NCBI GenBank assembly: GCA_965649295.1
Contig: CBFGKH010000006.1
Span: 32,001 to 96,000 of the forward strand
Direction: 5' to 3'
DNA length: 64,000 bases
From: a candidate division WOR-3 bacterium
Lineage (GTDB): Bacteria; Hydrothermota; Tepidihabitantia; Tepidihabitantales; Tepidihabitantaceae
The position numbers and the translations under genes are program-made. The notes under the pieces were generated by a model that saw nothing but the letters and a program-made list of their open reading frames with translations, was not told where the DNA came from and searched no databases. Within the stretch, counting starts at the first letter, position 1, and every line of letters starts with the position of its first letter. Shown here one piece after another: positions 1 to 10,364 of this stretch.

Positions 1-654
1 AGCAGCACTGCCGAGGAACAGCTCCGTGACCGCCAGGTCAACAATCGAACTGGCGCTATTCTTGCGACCGGGCGTGGCCCCGGCCGAATCAACGCAACAG
101 AGCCAGTTGCTCTCGTGGTCGGGCCGGTCAGCATAGATACGCTCCCACGCTATGCCGTCGCCTGGGTCACGGGGCAGCCGGTCAGCAGCATCCAGTGGTG
201 TCCCAAAAGTCGAAACCGTCTCACCGTAGGGCGACACTACTAGCACCGGATCGGACGTTGCCAAGCCATTGCCAATAGTAGTGTTGCGGGTCGTCAGTAT
301 CAGGGCCGAATCTCCGAACCGATAGGGCCTGACCCAGCCACCGACCGGATTGGGGTCGGTGTACTCTGAATCCAGGACAACCGCATACTGGCCAGGCCCA
401 AGCCAGGTGCTATTGATAATGAGCGTCGGATTGTCGGCCAGGATAGTCGAATCAGTCCAAGCAACCAGCCGGTCCGGCGAGTCGCCATCATCAATTACCC
501 AGTCGAAGAGGTCAACAGCTTCGGTGCTGCCATTGTAGAGCTCAACAAACTCGTTGCGGTCCTCGGGCCCGTGCGCGCCGCTGGTGCCGGCCGGGTTGGC
601 CATCACCTCGCTAATGACTACCGACCGACTGACCAGCAACAAGAGCAACAGCAT
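1..654 (-). CDS. Lamin-tail-domain (LTD) secreted protein, 5' part; runs off the window start
   Basis: Manual translation from ATG 654: MLLLLLLVSRSVVISEVMANPAGTSGAHGPEDRNEFVELYNGSTEAVDLFDWVIDDGDS, matching the LTD 'ISEVM.NP...EFVELYN' pattern. Absent from the ORF track because there is no stop in the window. Confidence 0.8.
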   Translation of the reverse strand, partial: MLLLLLLVSRSVVISEVMANPAGTSGAHGPEDRNEFVELYNGSTEAVDLFDWVIDDGDSPDRLVAWTDSTILADNPTLIINSTWLGPGQYAVVLDSEYTDPNPVGGWVRPYRFGDSALILTTRNTTIGNGLATSDPVLVVSPYGETVSTFGTPLDAADRLPRDPGDGIAWERIYADRPDHESNWLCCVDSAGATPGRKNSASSIVDLAVTELFLGSAA

Positions 655-721
655 TATGCCGATGATAGTCTAGCTGGACAGGCAGTCAAACAGCCCGGAA
701 GCGAGCAGGCAGAACCCGCGA

Positions 722-2303
722 CTAGTATCCCGTCGTCACCTTGCCGGTGAATCTGAACAGGCCGTCTTCGAGCTCGATCACGTCCGACGGCAGGTCCGCT
801 CTCGGGTTCCGGCCCGGTTCCCACCAGCCGAGTGTACCCGAGAAATGACCGGTGACCGCGTCACTGCGGCATCGGTCGACGTTGATGGCCGCGCCCACGC
901 CGACGAAGCCTGAACAAGCCATGTAGGCGCGCTCGCGGTCAACATCCATCCAGTAAATCACCGAGCCATCGGTTGATGTATTGAACTGTCCAGGCTGGTT
1001 GCCCGGGAAGGTTATCCTGACGGTGGCTGCGACATCTTCGCTACCGTCCGGGCAAAGCAACGCGTGGATGACTGACCCGGAACTGTAGCGCATCGCCTGT
1101 ACCGATGCCGCCTTCAGCAGTTCGCCCGACCGCCTGACCTGGCAGACCGCGCGCAGCAGCACCATGCTGTCACCGAACACCCGGAACTCTGCGTGACCGC
1201 CGTCGCGCTCCACTGGGTCAATCAGTGTCCCCCATCTCGGCTTTGGCCTCACCCGGGAAACAGGAGTCGGCCATTGCGCGGAAGAATGTCGTGTCCTTAT
1301 CGCACGACCACGCATCGCCGACCGCCCACGTGTAGCCACACACCACGTCGGCTCCGGCGTCAAGAAAAGCCTGCACCAACGCTGGTGTCGAGAAAGCGGC
1401 GTAGGCGCTAAAGCAGCAAGAGAGATAGACGATGGTCTTGGTCTGGTTCAACGGCAACGATTCGGTCGTGTTGAAGTCAGCGTTGGCACGGATGAATCCG
1501 GGCAGCAGGACAATGTTGTAGTACGGCTTGCCCACGAAGCGCACGATCGCGGCCTGGCGTAACTGGTCAGGGCCTGGTTTGAGGTAGCCAATAAGCTGGC
1601 TGACCGCCGCCTCAGCCATCTGCTTCTTGCCGTAGGTCTTGCCCAACACGATTCCTGCCTCGTCCACTGGGCTACCCGGAAGAACGGGAACGGTGGTGCC
1701 GTGCCCGCTCCAGAACAGAATGCTGGCACCAGGGTTGATCGCCCCCAGTGCCAAGCCCAGATCCACATCACTGCCACTGAACATGTCGTAGTTCTTCCAG
1801 TTGAGCTTGCGGCTAAAGATGCCTCGGATTGCGTCGCTGGCCCTTCGTGTCCCGGGCAGCTCGGTATCGAACGGAAGCATGTAGCTGGGAGCATCACCCA
1901 CCTCGCCGCCGCCGGCGCTGCGCGCGGCTGGCTCCTGCTGCAACGCGGCACCAGCGGAGCCAGTCGTATCGCGCCGGATGTCGCCGGTTCCGGCCAGCAG
2001 CCCGCTGGTGAAGAACGCCCAGACCGTGCTATCGAGCGCTATCTGCGCGGTATCAACGCCCTCCTGCGTCAGCAGGAACGCCTGCGCCTGCGCGCAGGCC
2101 GCGTCGATGTCGCCAGCTGCGAGCTGCGCCGCATAGATTCTCGATGCGGAATCAATTGCGGTTAGGTTCGCCTCGATGGTACGTTCCTCGAACCGGCTGT
2201 AATCAGCCGGCCTCGCCTGTTTGCAGGTCAACAGCAGGAACGGGGTCAGGACGAATACCGCGAGCGCGATTACGCGCCGGACACGGTTGACTGAAATCAA
2301 CAC
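722..2303 (-). pseudogene. Probable lipoprotein of about 526 aa, split by a 1-nt frameshift at a G5 run
   Basis: ORF 1218-2303 has a lipobox-like LLLTC and an AGGAGG SD; it stops just after ATG GGG GAC. Removing one G (C run 1229-1233 on +) joins it to the 722-1363 frame (TLIDPVERDGGHAEFRVFGD...). Confidence 0.55.
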
Positions 2304-2352
2304 TCCTCCTGGGTAAAAGTAAGATGTTAGTCATCCCTGTCCGGCAGTCAAA

Positions 2353-2382
2353 GCCTGCGCCCCGCTTCGGCGGGGCGCAGGC
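2353..2382. terminator. Hairpin terminator downstream of hydA
   Basis: 13-bp perfect stem GCCTGCGCCCCGC-TTCG-GCGGGGCGCAGGC. Confidence 0.7.
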
Positions 2383-2399
2383 GCTTGTTGTTCTTACGA

Positions 2400-4352
2400 C
2401 TAGACCAAGTAGTCGCCGCGGGGCGTGTAGTGGGTGTGGAGGTATTTGTGCGACACCTCGCCACACGGCCCGTCGGTCAAGAACTCCTCATAGAGCTTCA
2501 GCACATGCGGGTTCTCGTGTGACTTCCGAATCGGCAGACCCATGTCCTCGGCGTAGATTGCCTTGGCGCGGGCCGCGCGAATTGACGGACTGGTCGGAAT
2601 CGGCTGGCCGCCGCCGCCAAGACATCCACCCGGACAGGCCATGAACTCGATGAAGTGGCAGCTGGCAAACTTGCCGCCCGCTTTGATGTCATCCATCACC
2701 TTACGAGCATTGGCCGTGCCGTGGGCAACCGCAACCTTGAGCGTGACACCCTCGAGCCACTTCCAATCACTGCCCAACTTGCCTTTCTTGACTAGATTAT
2801 GGAAGAGCGCCGGCACCGGCCCAACTTGGGGTATCTTGATTTCCATATACTTGATACCCTCGAACCCGCGCACCGGCACGACATTGGCATCGGTGAAAAC
2901 GTCCTCTGCCTTCAGTCCGGTGACGACTTCGACAACCGTGCGCAACGCCGCTTCCATCACGCCGCCGGTCGCACCGAAAATCAGGCCCGCACCGGACGCA
3001 TCGCCGAACGGCAGGTCGAAGTGGGACTTAGGCATGTGCGGCAGGTCAATACCCGCTTCCTTTATCATCTGGGCCATCTCCCGGGTGGTAAGCCCGTAGT
3101 CAACGTCCTTGTACCCGGAAGAGTTCATCTCCGGCCGGTTGGCCTCAAACTTCTTCGCCGAACACGGCATCAAGGAGACGCAGACGATACTGGCTGGGTC
3201 AATGCCCTGCTTCTGGGCGTAGTAGGTCTTGATCAGTGCACCAAACATCTGCTGCGGCGACTTGCAGGAAGAGACGTAGGGCAGCCAGTCCGGATAGAAG
3301 TGTTCGATGAACTTCACCCAGCCGGGCGAGCAGGAGGTGAACTGCGGCAGGTAGGCCTGCTCTTTCTTGACCAACGCCTTGTACAGCCGAATGAGCAGCT
3401 CCGTCCCCTCTTCGATAATCGTCAAGTCTGCGGTTGTATTGGTGTCAAAAACCATGTCGAACCCGGCCCGCCGGATAGCAGTATTCATCTCCAGCGTCAC
3501 CGACGTCCCCGGCGGCAGTCCGAACTCCTCGGCGATTGCCGCCCGCGGGCTCGGCGCAGTCTGCATGACAACGTGCTTCTTCGGGTCATCAATCGCGGCC
3601 CAGATTTCATCCGACGGGTCCTTGGCCCGCAGTGCTCCGGTCGGGCAACGGTTGATGCACTGACCACAGTTGATACAGATGACGTCGGCAAGTTGCCGGT
3701 CCATGAAGGTTTCGATCCGAGTCTGATCACTGCGATGGGCAGCGGTCAGCACTCCGACCGACTGCAGGTCAATGCAGGTGCGCACGCAGCGCCGGCAGAG
3801 CACGCACTTGTTCATGTCCCGCACGACCGAGTAGGACGAACGGTCTATCTCGTAGCGTGGTTTGTCGGGATGGCCGAAGCGGAAGAAGTCAACGCCATAC
3901 TCTTTTGCCAGCGCCTGCAACTCACAGTTGTTGTTGCGGAAACAGGAGTAGCATTCACCGTAGTGCTTAGAAAGCAGCAGGTCGAGCACGTGGCGGCGAG
4001 CTTGGCGCACGCGCGGACTAGTTGTCTTGACCACGGTCGGCTCGGTAATCGGATAGGTGCAAGCAGTCTGAAGTGTCCGCTGCTTCTCAACCTCGACAAC
4101 GCAGATGCGACAGACACCAGCTAGGCAGAGGTCCTCGTGATAGCAGAGCGTCGGAATGCGAATCCCGGCCGACTTGGCAGCATCGAGAATCGTCGTCCCG
4201 AACGGAACCTTCATCTCAATGTCGTCAATCTTCACCGCCACCTGGCCGCCAATGTCGCCGGGCCGACCGGCGGGAACCACATGCGGCTTCTCGCTCGTCG
4301 GCACTGTGCTTGTCACCGCGACCTGGGTCGGTTTCTTCTTTCTATCTGCCAT
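2400..4352 (-). CDS. hydA: [FeFe]-hydrogenase catalytic subunit, group A (HydA/HndD-like)
   Basis: H-cluster motifs FTSCSPGW, MPCSAKKFE and EFMACPGGCLGGGGQP; N-terminal 2Fe-2S, His-ligated 4Fe-4S (HYGECYSC) and two 4Fe-4S motifs. Confidence 0.95.
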   Translation of the reverse strand: MADRKKKPTQVAVTSTVPTSEKPHVVPAGRPGDIGGQVAVKIDDIEMKVPFGTTILDAAKSAGIRIPTLCYHEDLCLAGVCRICVVEVEKQRTLQTACTYPITEPTVVKTTSPRVRQARRHVLDLLLSKHYGECYSCFRNNNCELQALAKEYGVDFFRFGHPDKPRYEIDRSSYSVVRDMNKCVLCRRCVRTCIDLQSVGVLTAAHRSDQTRIETFMDRQLADVICINCGQCINRCPTGALRAKDPSDEIWAAIDDPKKHVVMQTAPSPRAAIAEEFGLPPGTSVTLEMNTAIRRAGFDMVFDTNTTADLTIIEEGTELLIRLYKALVKKEQAYLPQFTSCSPGWVKFIEHFYPDWLPYVSSCKSPQQMFGALIKTYYAQKQGIDPASIVCVSLMPCSAKKFEANRPEMNSSGYKDVDYGLTTREMAQMIKEAGIDLPHMPKSHFDLPFGDASGAGLIFGATGGVMEAALRTVVEVVTGLKAEDVFTDANVVPVRGFEGIKYMEIKIPQVGPVPALFHNLVKKGKLGSDWKWLEGVTLKVAVAHGTANARKVMDDIKAGGKFASCHFIEFMACPGGCLGGGGQPIPTSPSIRAARAKAIYAEDMGLPIRKSHENPHVLKLYEEFLTDGPCGEVSHKYLHTHYTPRGDYLV

Positions 4353-4355
4353 TGC

Positions 4356-5537
4356 CTACTCCTTTACTGCGGGCACGCGGCCCAGGATTTCTGACCGGAA
4401 GTGCTCGGTAATGTCGAGGAACGCGTTGGCACTCGATTGGCCAAGTCCGCACTTGGACGCGCTCTGCATGGTTCGGCCCAGAGCCTGCAGCTCGCGCAGA
4501 TAGCCGATTGAGCAGCGACCCTGCTTCAATAGCCGCACCCCTTCCAGCAGTTTGGGATTGCCCTCGCGGCAGGGCGTGCACTGACCGCACGACTCCTCGA
4601 CAAAGAACTCAAGAAAGTTCTCGGCCACGTCGAGCATGTCGCGCTGCGGCCCGATGACAATCACCGAGCCGCCGGTTGCCAGGTCTTCAAACCCAAGCTT
4701 GCGCTCAAACTGGGAGCGCGGCACGGTCCGACCCGAAGCACCACCGACCTGCACCGCCTTGGCATCTTCACCCTGCACGAGTTTCAGCACCTGCCGGACA
4801 CTCGTGCCCCAGGCAACCTCATAGACACCGGGCTTGCGACAGTCGCCAGAAACCGATAGCAACTTCGAGCCGGTAGAGAAGTCGGTGCCGTGCTGGCGAA
4901 ACCACTCCGGCCCCTTGGCTAGAATCTGGGCACAGGCGATTAGCGTTTCGACATTGTTGACCGCGGTCGGCGCGCCAACCAAGCCGGTATTCACCGGATA
5001 GGGCGGCCGGTTGCGCGGTTCGCCGCGACTGCCTTCGAGCGACTCGATCAACGCTGTCTCCTCGCCGCAAACATAGGCTCCCGCGCCCATCCGAATCTCA
5101 ATATCAAGGTCGAAACCGGAACCGAGGATATTCTTGCCCTGCAGGTTTTTCTTACGCCGCTCTTCGAGCTTGGCCTCGAGCCCGGGCCGCATGTAGGTGT
5201 ACTCGGCCCGCAGGTAAATAACCCCGAGCGTTGCCCCAATGGCATAGCCGCCAATCGTAATACCGTCAAGGAGTGCGTCCAGCCTTTCGGAAAGCAGCAT
5301 CCGGTCCTTGAACGTGCCCGGCTCACCCTCGTCGGCATTACAGACAATGAACTTCTTGTGATACTGGACTGCCGCGCAGAGATTCCACTTCACCGCCGTC
5401 GGAAAGCCGGCCCCGCCGCGACCACGAATGCCCGACTCCCGCACCATCCGGATGACCTCCGCGCGCGGCATCGCCAACGCTTTCTTCAGACCCGAGCCCG
5501 GCTCATAGCGTTCCATAATATGCAGTACGCTACTCAT
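4356..5537 (-). CDS. hydB: NuoF-like FMN/NADH-binding hydrogenase subunit (short HydB)
   Basis: GRGGAGFP, CNADEGEPGTFKDR, GAGAYVCGEETAL and ESCGQCTPCREG...CGLG. Confidence 0.93.
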   Translation of the reverse strand: MSSVLHIMERYEPGSGLKKALAMPRAEVIRMVRESGIRGRGGAGFPTAVKWNLCAAVQYHKKFIVCNADEGEPGTFKDRMLLSERLDALLDGITIGGYAIGATLGVIYLRAEYTYMRPGLEAKLEERRKKNLQGKNILGSGFDLDIEIRMGAGAYVCGEETALIESLEGSRGEPRNRPPYPVNTGLVGAPTAVNNVETLIACAQILAKGPEWFRQHGTDFSTGSKLLSVSGDCRKPGVYEVAWGTSVRQVLKLVQGEDAKAVQVGGASGRTVPRSQFERKLGFEDLATGGSVIVIGPQRDMLDVAENFLEFFVEESCGQCTPCREGNPKLLEGVRLLKQGRCSIGYLRELQALGRTMQSASKCGLGQSSANAFLDITEHFRSEILGRVPAVKE

Positions 5538-6063
5538 GATGCCCGCCTTTGCCAGCTGCTGTCAGCAGTCCGTGAGTGGCGATGAACAAGCGCCGGTATT
5601 TCTCAATAACATCGGAGACCAGTTCCGGATGAACACCAGTATAGACATCATCGTTGACCAACATCGCCGGCCCGTGATCGCACATGCCCAGACAGTTGCA
5701 ATACTCAAGCGTGAACATCCGGTCCCGGGTCGTCTCACCGAACTTGATACCGAGCTCATTTTCGAGCTGCCGTGCGACCTCGCGCTTGCCGGCGAAGTCA
5801 CAGGACAGCGTCCGGCAGAGCCGGATGACAAACCGGCCCTTCGGCTCCGTCGAAAGATAGGAGTAGAACGAAACCACCCCATAGACCTCGGTGGGAAAGA
5901 CCCCAAGCTGACGGGCAATCTCCTGCATCGCGAAGTCAGAGATGTAACGGTATTTCTCCTGAATCGCTTCGAGTATCGGCAGCATCCCGTCGCGCTTGTG
6001 TTCGTATTTTTCGGCCAGCACGGCAATCTCATGCCGCAGCGATTCTCTTTCTGATGCCAGCAT
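5530..6063 (-). CDS. hydC: NuoE-like [2Fe-2S] hydrogenase subunit (HydC)
   Basis: CRTLSC...CLGMCDHGP ligands and VYGVVSFY. Confidence 0.92.
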   Translation of the reverse strand: MLASERESLRHEIAVLAEKYEHKRDGMLPILEAIQEKYRYISDFAMQEIARQLGVFPTEVYGVVSFYSYLSTEPKGRFVIRLCRTLSCDFAGKREVARQLENELGIKFGETTRDRMFTLEYCNCLGMCDHGPAMLVNDDVYTGVHPELVSDVIEKYRRLFIATHGLLTAAGKGGHHE

Positions 6064-6066
6064 ATG

Positions 6067-6447
6067 CTACTTCTTTCCGCCAAGCAAAGCCTTGACCTTG
6101 GCGACAAGGTCAGCCGGCGCGACCGGCTTAGAAACAAACTCATCAACGGGGGCGAACTCCGAGTCCCGGCCGTACTTGTAGCCGGTCACGTGGCCGATTG
6201 ACGAGAGGATGATAATCGGTGTCTGGACGCCCTTGCGGCGCAGGTCCTGGGCCACGACGAATCCGTCGTCCGGCTCCTCCATCATCACATCGAGGATGAT
6301 GAGGTCCGGCTTCTCTTCCTCGACGGCCTTCATACCGGTGACCCGACTATCGGCGCTGGCCACGGCAAAACCCTCGGCCGTTAGCACCAGCCGGATCGAG
6401 TCAACAATATCAGGGTCGTCGTCCACTATCAGTACCTTTGGCATCAC
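6067..6447 (-). CDS. Single-domain response regulator (receiver)
   Basis: VLIVDDD, LIILDVMM and FVSKP motifs; 3 nt from hydC. Confidence 0.9.
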   Translation of the reverse strand: MMPKVLIVDDDPDIVDSIRLVLTAEGFAVASADSRVTGMKAVEEEKPDLIILDVMMEEPDDGFVVAQDLRRKGVQTPIIILSSIGHVTGYKYGRDSEFAPVDEFVSKPVAPADLVAKVKALLGGKK

Positions 6448-6669
6448 GACTCCTTGGTTATCGCCGCCGGTCCTACTCGGGGAGCGAGACGGCAGCGCAA
6501 GCTATGTACCTCGAGACTTTAGGTCAAATACTACGGTTGTTGGCGAAATATGAGGGTGCGACCTAAAGGCCCAATTGTAACAATGAAAAGCCCGTTGGCA
6601 AGGCCTCCCACCGAAACATGTTCAGCCGTGTCGAGCCGCGTCCCGAGTGGGTTCTTGCCGGCTGTTGCC

Positions 6670-6698
6670 TTGACTAGCCATATTCACCCTCCTATAGT
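6670..6698 (+). promoter_or_regulatory. Sigma70-like promoter of smc, probably leaderless
   Basis: TTGACT-N17-TATAGT, 6 nt before GTG 6705, with no SD. Confidence 0.65.
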
Positions 6699-6704
6699 TG
6701 CGTC

Positions 6705-9700
6705 GTGCATATCAAAGAGCTGACGCTCATCGGGTTCAAGTCGTTTGCCGACAAGACAACCTTACGTTTCTCACCGGGCATGAATGCCATCATCGGCCCC
6801 AATGGTTGCGGCAAGACAAACGTGCTAGATGCCCTGCGCTGGGTGCTGGGCGAGCAGTCCTTTTCGATGCTGCGCTGCGCCAAGAATGAGGACCTGATTT
6901 TTGGCGGGACAGCGACCGTGCCGGCAAGCAACTACGCCGAGGTCCGGCTGGTCCTGGCCGAGGACGGTCGAGCGAACGCCATCTCAATCCGCCCAGCGGA
7001 CACCGCCAGCAATGAGAATGATGTCGGCCTGGCCGCCGGGGGAGCAACTGATAAGGAAACCGCCACATGCGTGAGCGAGATCGAGATCCGCCGCCGCTAC
7101 TACCGCTCGGGCGAAAGCGAGTATTTCCTCAATCGGCAGCCCTGTCGCCTGCGCGATATTCAGGATTTCTTCCTCTCATCAGGCGCCGGCACCAAGACGT
7201 ATTCGATTTTTGACCTACGCCAGATGCGCGAGATCATTGCCGGCAATATCCGCCGGCTGTTCGAGGAAGCGGCGACCTTGGCCCGTTACCAAGAGGCGAA
7301 AGCCGAGTGTCTGCGCAAGCTCAGCCTGACCGAGCAGGACCTTACCCGGCTGGACGACATCATCGCCGAGCGCGAACGTGTCGTGCAGTCGCTCGGACGC
7401 CAAGCCGGTCGGCTCAAGGCCTATGAGAAGTTGAAGGCCGAAGAGAAAGCCCTACGCCTGATCGAGCTGCGGACCGAGTATGACAGTCTGCGCCGGGAGG
7501 TTGAACAGGCCGAACTCGGTGTCGCCGCCTTAGAACAGGCCGATGCCGGCCGTCTGGCTGAGATTCACCGCCTCGAAGAGGAACTGGCGGTCCAGCGCAG
7601 CCGACTGCGGGACATGCAGGCCGCCCGCGACGCCGCCACGCTCTCGGTACGAAAGCAGCGCGAAATAGTGACTGCGCTGGAGAACGCCAATCTGCTGGCC
7701 GAGGAGCGCATCCGGTTTCTGCAGGACAACGCCACCACCGCTGCTGCCGAGCAGGCTGCCGCTACCGAGACTCTCGCCAGTCTGGAACAAGCCTTGGCAG
7801 CGGCAGCAGAGCGACTCGAAAAGGCAACCGGCGCGGTCGCCGCTGCGAGTGAGCGGCTGGCATCGTGCCGCGAACGAGTGCAAACAACCGAGGAAGGTCT
7901 GTTCCGGCTGCGTGAGCACGAGTCGGCGCTGGCTGGACAACTGGCCGAGCTACTGGAAAAACAGCAGCAACTGCGCCAGGAACTGGCCCGCCTTGAGGCC
8001 GACCGCGACAACCAAAGCGCAGCCCTAGCCCGACTGGGAACCGAGCTAGCAACCCTAAAGGAACGGTCGGCAAAGGCCACGGCTGCCAGGGATGCGGCTG
8101 CAGCCCGGCTGGCCGCGGCCAGCGACGAAATTGACCGCACTCGCCGCTCGCGCCAAGACCTCGAAGCCGAACTGGCGAAGATCAACGCCGCCCGCAGCGA
8201 CTGCCGGAATCGCCTCGCCAAGCTGCGCGACGAACAGGCCGCGGTCGAACGTGAGCTGGCCGTGCTGCGAACAGCACTGGCCCAAGACCAAGCCGAGACT
8301 GCCCAGCAATTGATTGGGGAGAGATTTGTCGGCGGGATTGAGAGTTTTCTCACAATTGAACCAGGTTGGGAACGGGCTACCGAGGCCGTGCTCTATGCAC
8401 TAGTTGACTTCCTAGTAACTAGCGGTGAGTTTGACCCGGCCTGGCTCGAAAGGCTTGCTGCGGCGCGGCCAGACCTGCGGTTTGGACTGCTGACGATGGC
8501 ACCAGCCAATTCGACCAGCGACGCGCCGCCTGCCAGCAAGGAGCCGCTGCCGCACCGGCTGCTCGAGCACATCCAGGTGCGGCCGGATGCGCCACCAGCG
8601 CTGGCCGCAACTCTGGCGCAGGCCCTGGTCTGCAATAGCCCAGCCGAGTTTGCTGAACTGGCCATTGCCCATCCGGACTGGATTCTTGTAACGCCGGGGG
8701 GCTGCTGTCGGTTTGCTGACGGTCGCGTGGTTCTAGAGAGTCGCGAACGGGGCAGACTGTCTCTCTCCAGTTTGGTCGCGGCCAGAACCGAGCGGCTTCA
8801 GCAGCTTGCCGCTGAGGTAACGGCGCTGCGCCAGCAGGATGCCGAGCTTGGCCGTCAGCAAGAAGAGCTGGACCGACAACTGAGCGCAACTGCGCTTGGC
8901 CTTTTTGAGGCCCAGAACGAGAAGGCATCGCTTGATGCCACCTTGGCTGCTGCCGAGATAAGTTGCGGCGAACTGGCACGCGACGCCGAACGGTTACAGG
9001 CCGAGCAACAGTCGGTGCTGAAAGCCGCGCAGGCCAATCGCGAGCGGCTGGTGCAGGTAGCCGGCGAGCTGGACGAGCTGGAACGCCGCATTCTGGCCAC
9101 TGAGATGGCATTGAGCACAACCCGCACCGATGTCGCCCGCATCGAGAAAGAGGTCAAAGAGCTGCTCGCCGCGGCCCAGCAGGCCCTGGCCGAGCTAGCA
9201 GAAAAGCGACAGCTAGTTGTCCGGCTCGAGGCTGAAAATGACTTTCTCCGCCGGCAACTCGACGAACACCGTCTTCGCCGCAATGCCCGCGAGCGCCAGT
9301 TGACCGCGGCTCAGGAAGAAATCGCCAGACTGACCGAGCAGATTGCCGGCCGGGCTGACGAGCTCGCCGCGGCCCAGCAGGCCCTGGCCGAGATCGAAGC
9401 TGCTGCCGCCACAATCAATCTCGGTGACGTTGTCGCCGCGACCGAGGCAATCGAAACCAACCTCGCCGAGCTGCGCCGCGCCCAGGAGCAGAGTACAAAC
9501 CTACTCCTCGAACAGCGGCAGAAGCTCTACAAACTGAACCTGCGGGTCCAGGCCTGCCTCGAAGAGGCAAAGACAAGCTACGCCACCGACTTGGCGAGTT
9601 ATGTACCGGCTACGGAGTCGGGAGTCACGACCACTGAGTTACTGGAGCGGCTGGCGCAGTTACGACGCCGCATCGAAGCGCTGGGCCAGGTCAACAGCTT

Positions 9701-10313
9701 GGCCGGCGAGGAATACGCCCGCGAGAAGGCTGACCTGGAGAAACTGCGGGCCCAGCGGGACGACGTTGCCCAAGCCAAAATCAATCTCAACGCCACGCTC
9801 GCCGGTATTGACCGCCACGCGCAAGAGCAGTTCATCGCCACCTACTCGCTTGTGCGCGACCATTTTCAGGCGGTATTCCGCCAGCTCTTTCTCGACGGCG
9901 AGGCCGATCTCGTCCTAACCGACCCGGCCAATCCGCTCCAGTCCGAGATTGGCATCGTCGCCCGGCCGCGGGGCAAAAACCCAAAGCTACTGGCCCAGCT
10001 GTCTGACGGCGAGAAGGCACTATTGGCCGTCTCGCTCCTCTTTGCTTTCTACCGGGTGAAGCCAGCGCCGTTCTGTTTCCTCGACGAGGTAGATGCTCCA
10101 CTCGACGACGCCAATGTCGGCCGGTTTGCCGACTACCTGCGCAACATCGCTGAGCAAACCCAGGTAATCATCATCACCCACAACCGGCTGACCGTCGAAC
10201 GGGCCAACGTTGTCTTCGGCGTCACTGCCGAGCAGCCTGGCATCTCGAAACTGGTCGCGGTGAATCTGGCCGAATACCAGACTGAAGAATCGCGAATGGC
10301 GAGTACCAAATGA
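6705..10313 (+). CDS. smc: Chromosome segregation protein SMC
   Basis: GFKSF, Walker A GPNGCGKTN, long coiled coils with hinge, LSDGEK signature and Walker B FCFLDEVDAPLD. Confidence 0.95.
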   Translation: MHIKELTLIGFKSFADKTTLRFSPGMNAIIGPNGCGKTNVLDALRWVLGEQSFSMLRCAKNEDLIFGGTATVPASNYAEVRLVLAEDGRANAISIRPADTASNENDVGLAAGGATDKETATCVSEIEIRRRYYRSGESEYFLNRQPCRLRDIQDFFLSSGAGTKTYSIFDLRQMREIIAGNIRRLFEEAATLARYQEAKAECLRKLSLTEQDLTRLDDIIAERERVVQSLGRQAGRLKAYEKLKAEEKALRLIELRTEYDSLRREVEQAELGVAALEQADAGRLAEIHRLEEELAVQRSRLRDMQAARDAATLSVRKQREIVTALENANLLAEERIRFLQDNATTAAAEQAAATETLASLEQALAAAAERLEKATGAVAAASERLASCRERVQTTEEGLFRLREHESALAGQLAELLEKQQQLRQELARLEADRDNQSAALARLGTELATLKERSAKATAARDAAAARLAAASDEIDRTRRSRQDLEAELAKINAARSDCRNRLAKLRDEQAAVERELAVLRTALAQDQAETAQQLIGERFVGGIESFLTIEPGWERATEAVLYALVDFLVTSGEFDPAWLERLAAARPDLRFGLLTMAPANSTSDAPPASKEPLPHRLLEHIQVRPDAPPALAATLAQALVCNSPAEFAELAIAHPDWILVTPGGCCRFADGRVVLESRERGRLSLSSLVAARTERLQQLAAEVTALRQQDAELGRQQEELDRQLSATALGLFEAQNEKASLDATLAAAEISCGELARDAERLQAEQQSVLKAAQANRERLVQVAGELDELERRILATEMALSTTRTDVARIEKEVKELLAAAQQALAELAEKRQLVVRLEAENDFLRRQLDEHRLRRNARERQLTAAQEEIARLTEQIAGRADELAAAQQALAEIEAAAATINLGDVVAATEAIETNLAELRRAQEQSTNLLLEQRQKLYKLNLRVQACLEEAKTSYATDLASYVPATESGVTTTELLERLAQLRRRIEALGQVNSLAGEEYAREKADLEKLRAQRDDVAQAKINLNATLAGIDRHAQEQFIATYSLVRDHFQAVFRQLFLDGEADLVLTDPANPLQSEIGIVARPRGKNPKLLAQLSDGEKALLAVSLLFAFYRVKPAPFCFLDEVDAPLDDANVGRFADYLRNIAEQTQVIIITHNRLTVERANVVFGVTAEQPGISKLVAVNLAEYQTEESRMASTK

Positions 10314-10364
10314 CAAACCGCGAACCCGTTTGCGCTTCTGGCATTACACCACCAGACTAGCCTC

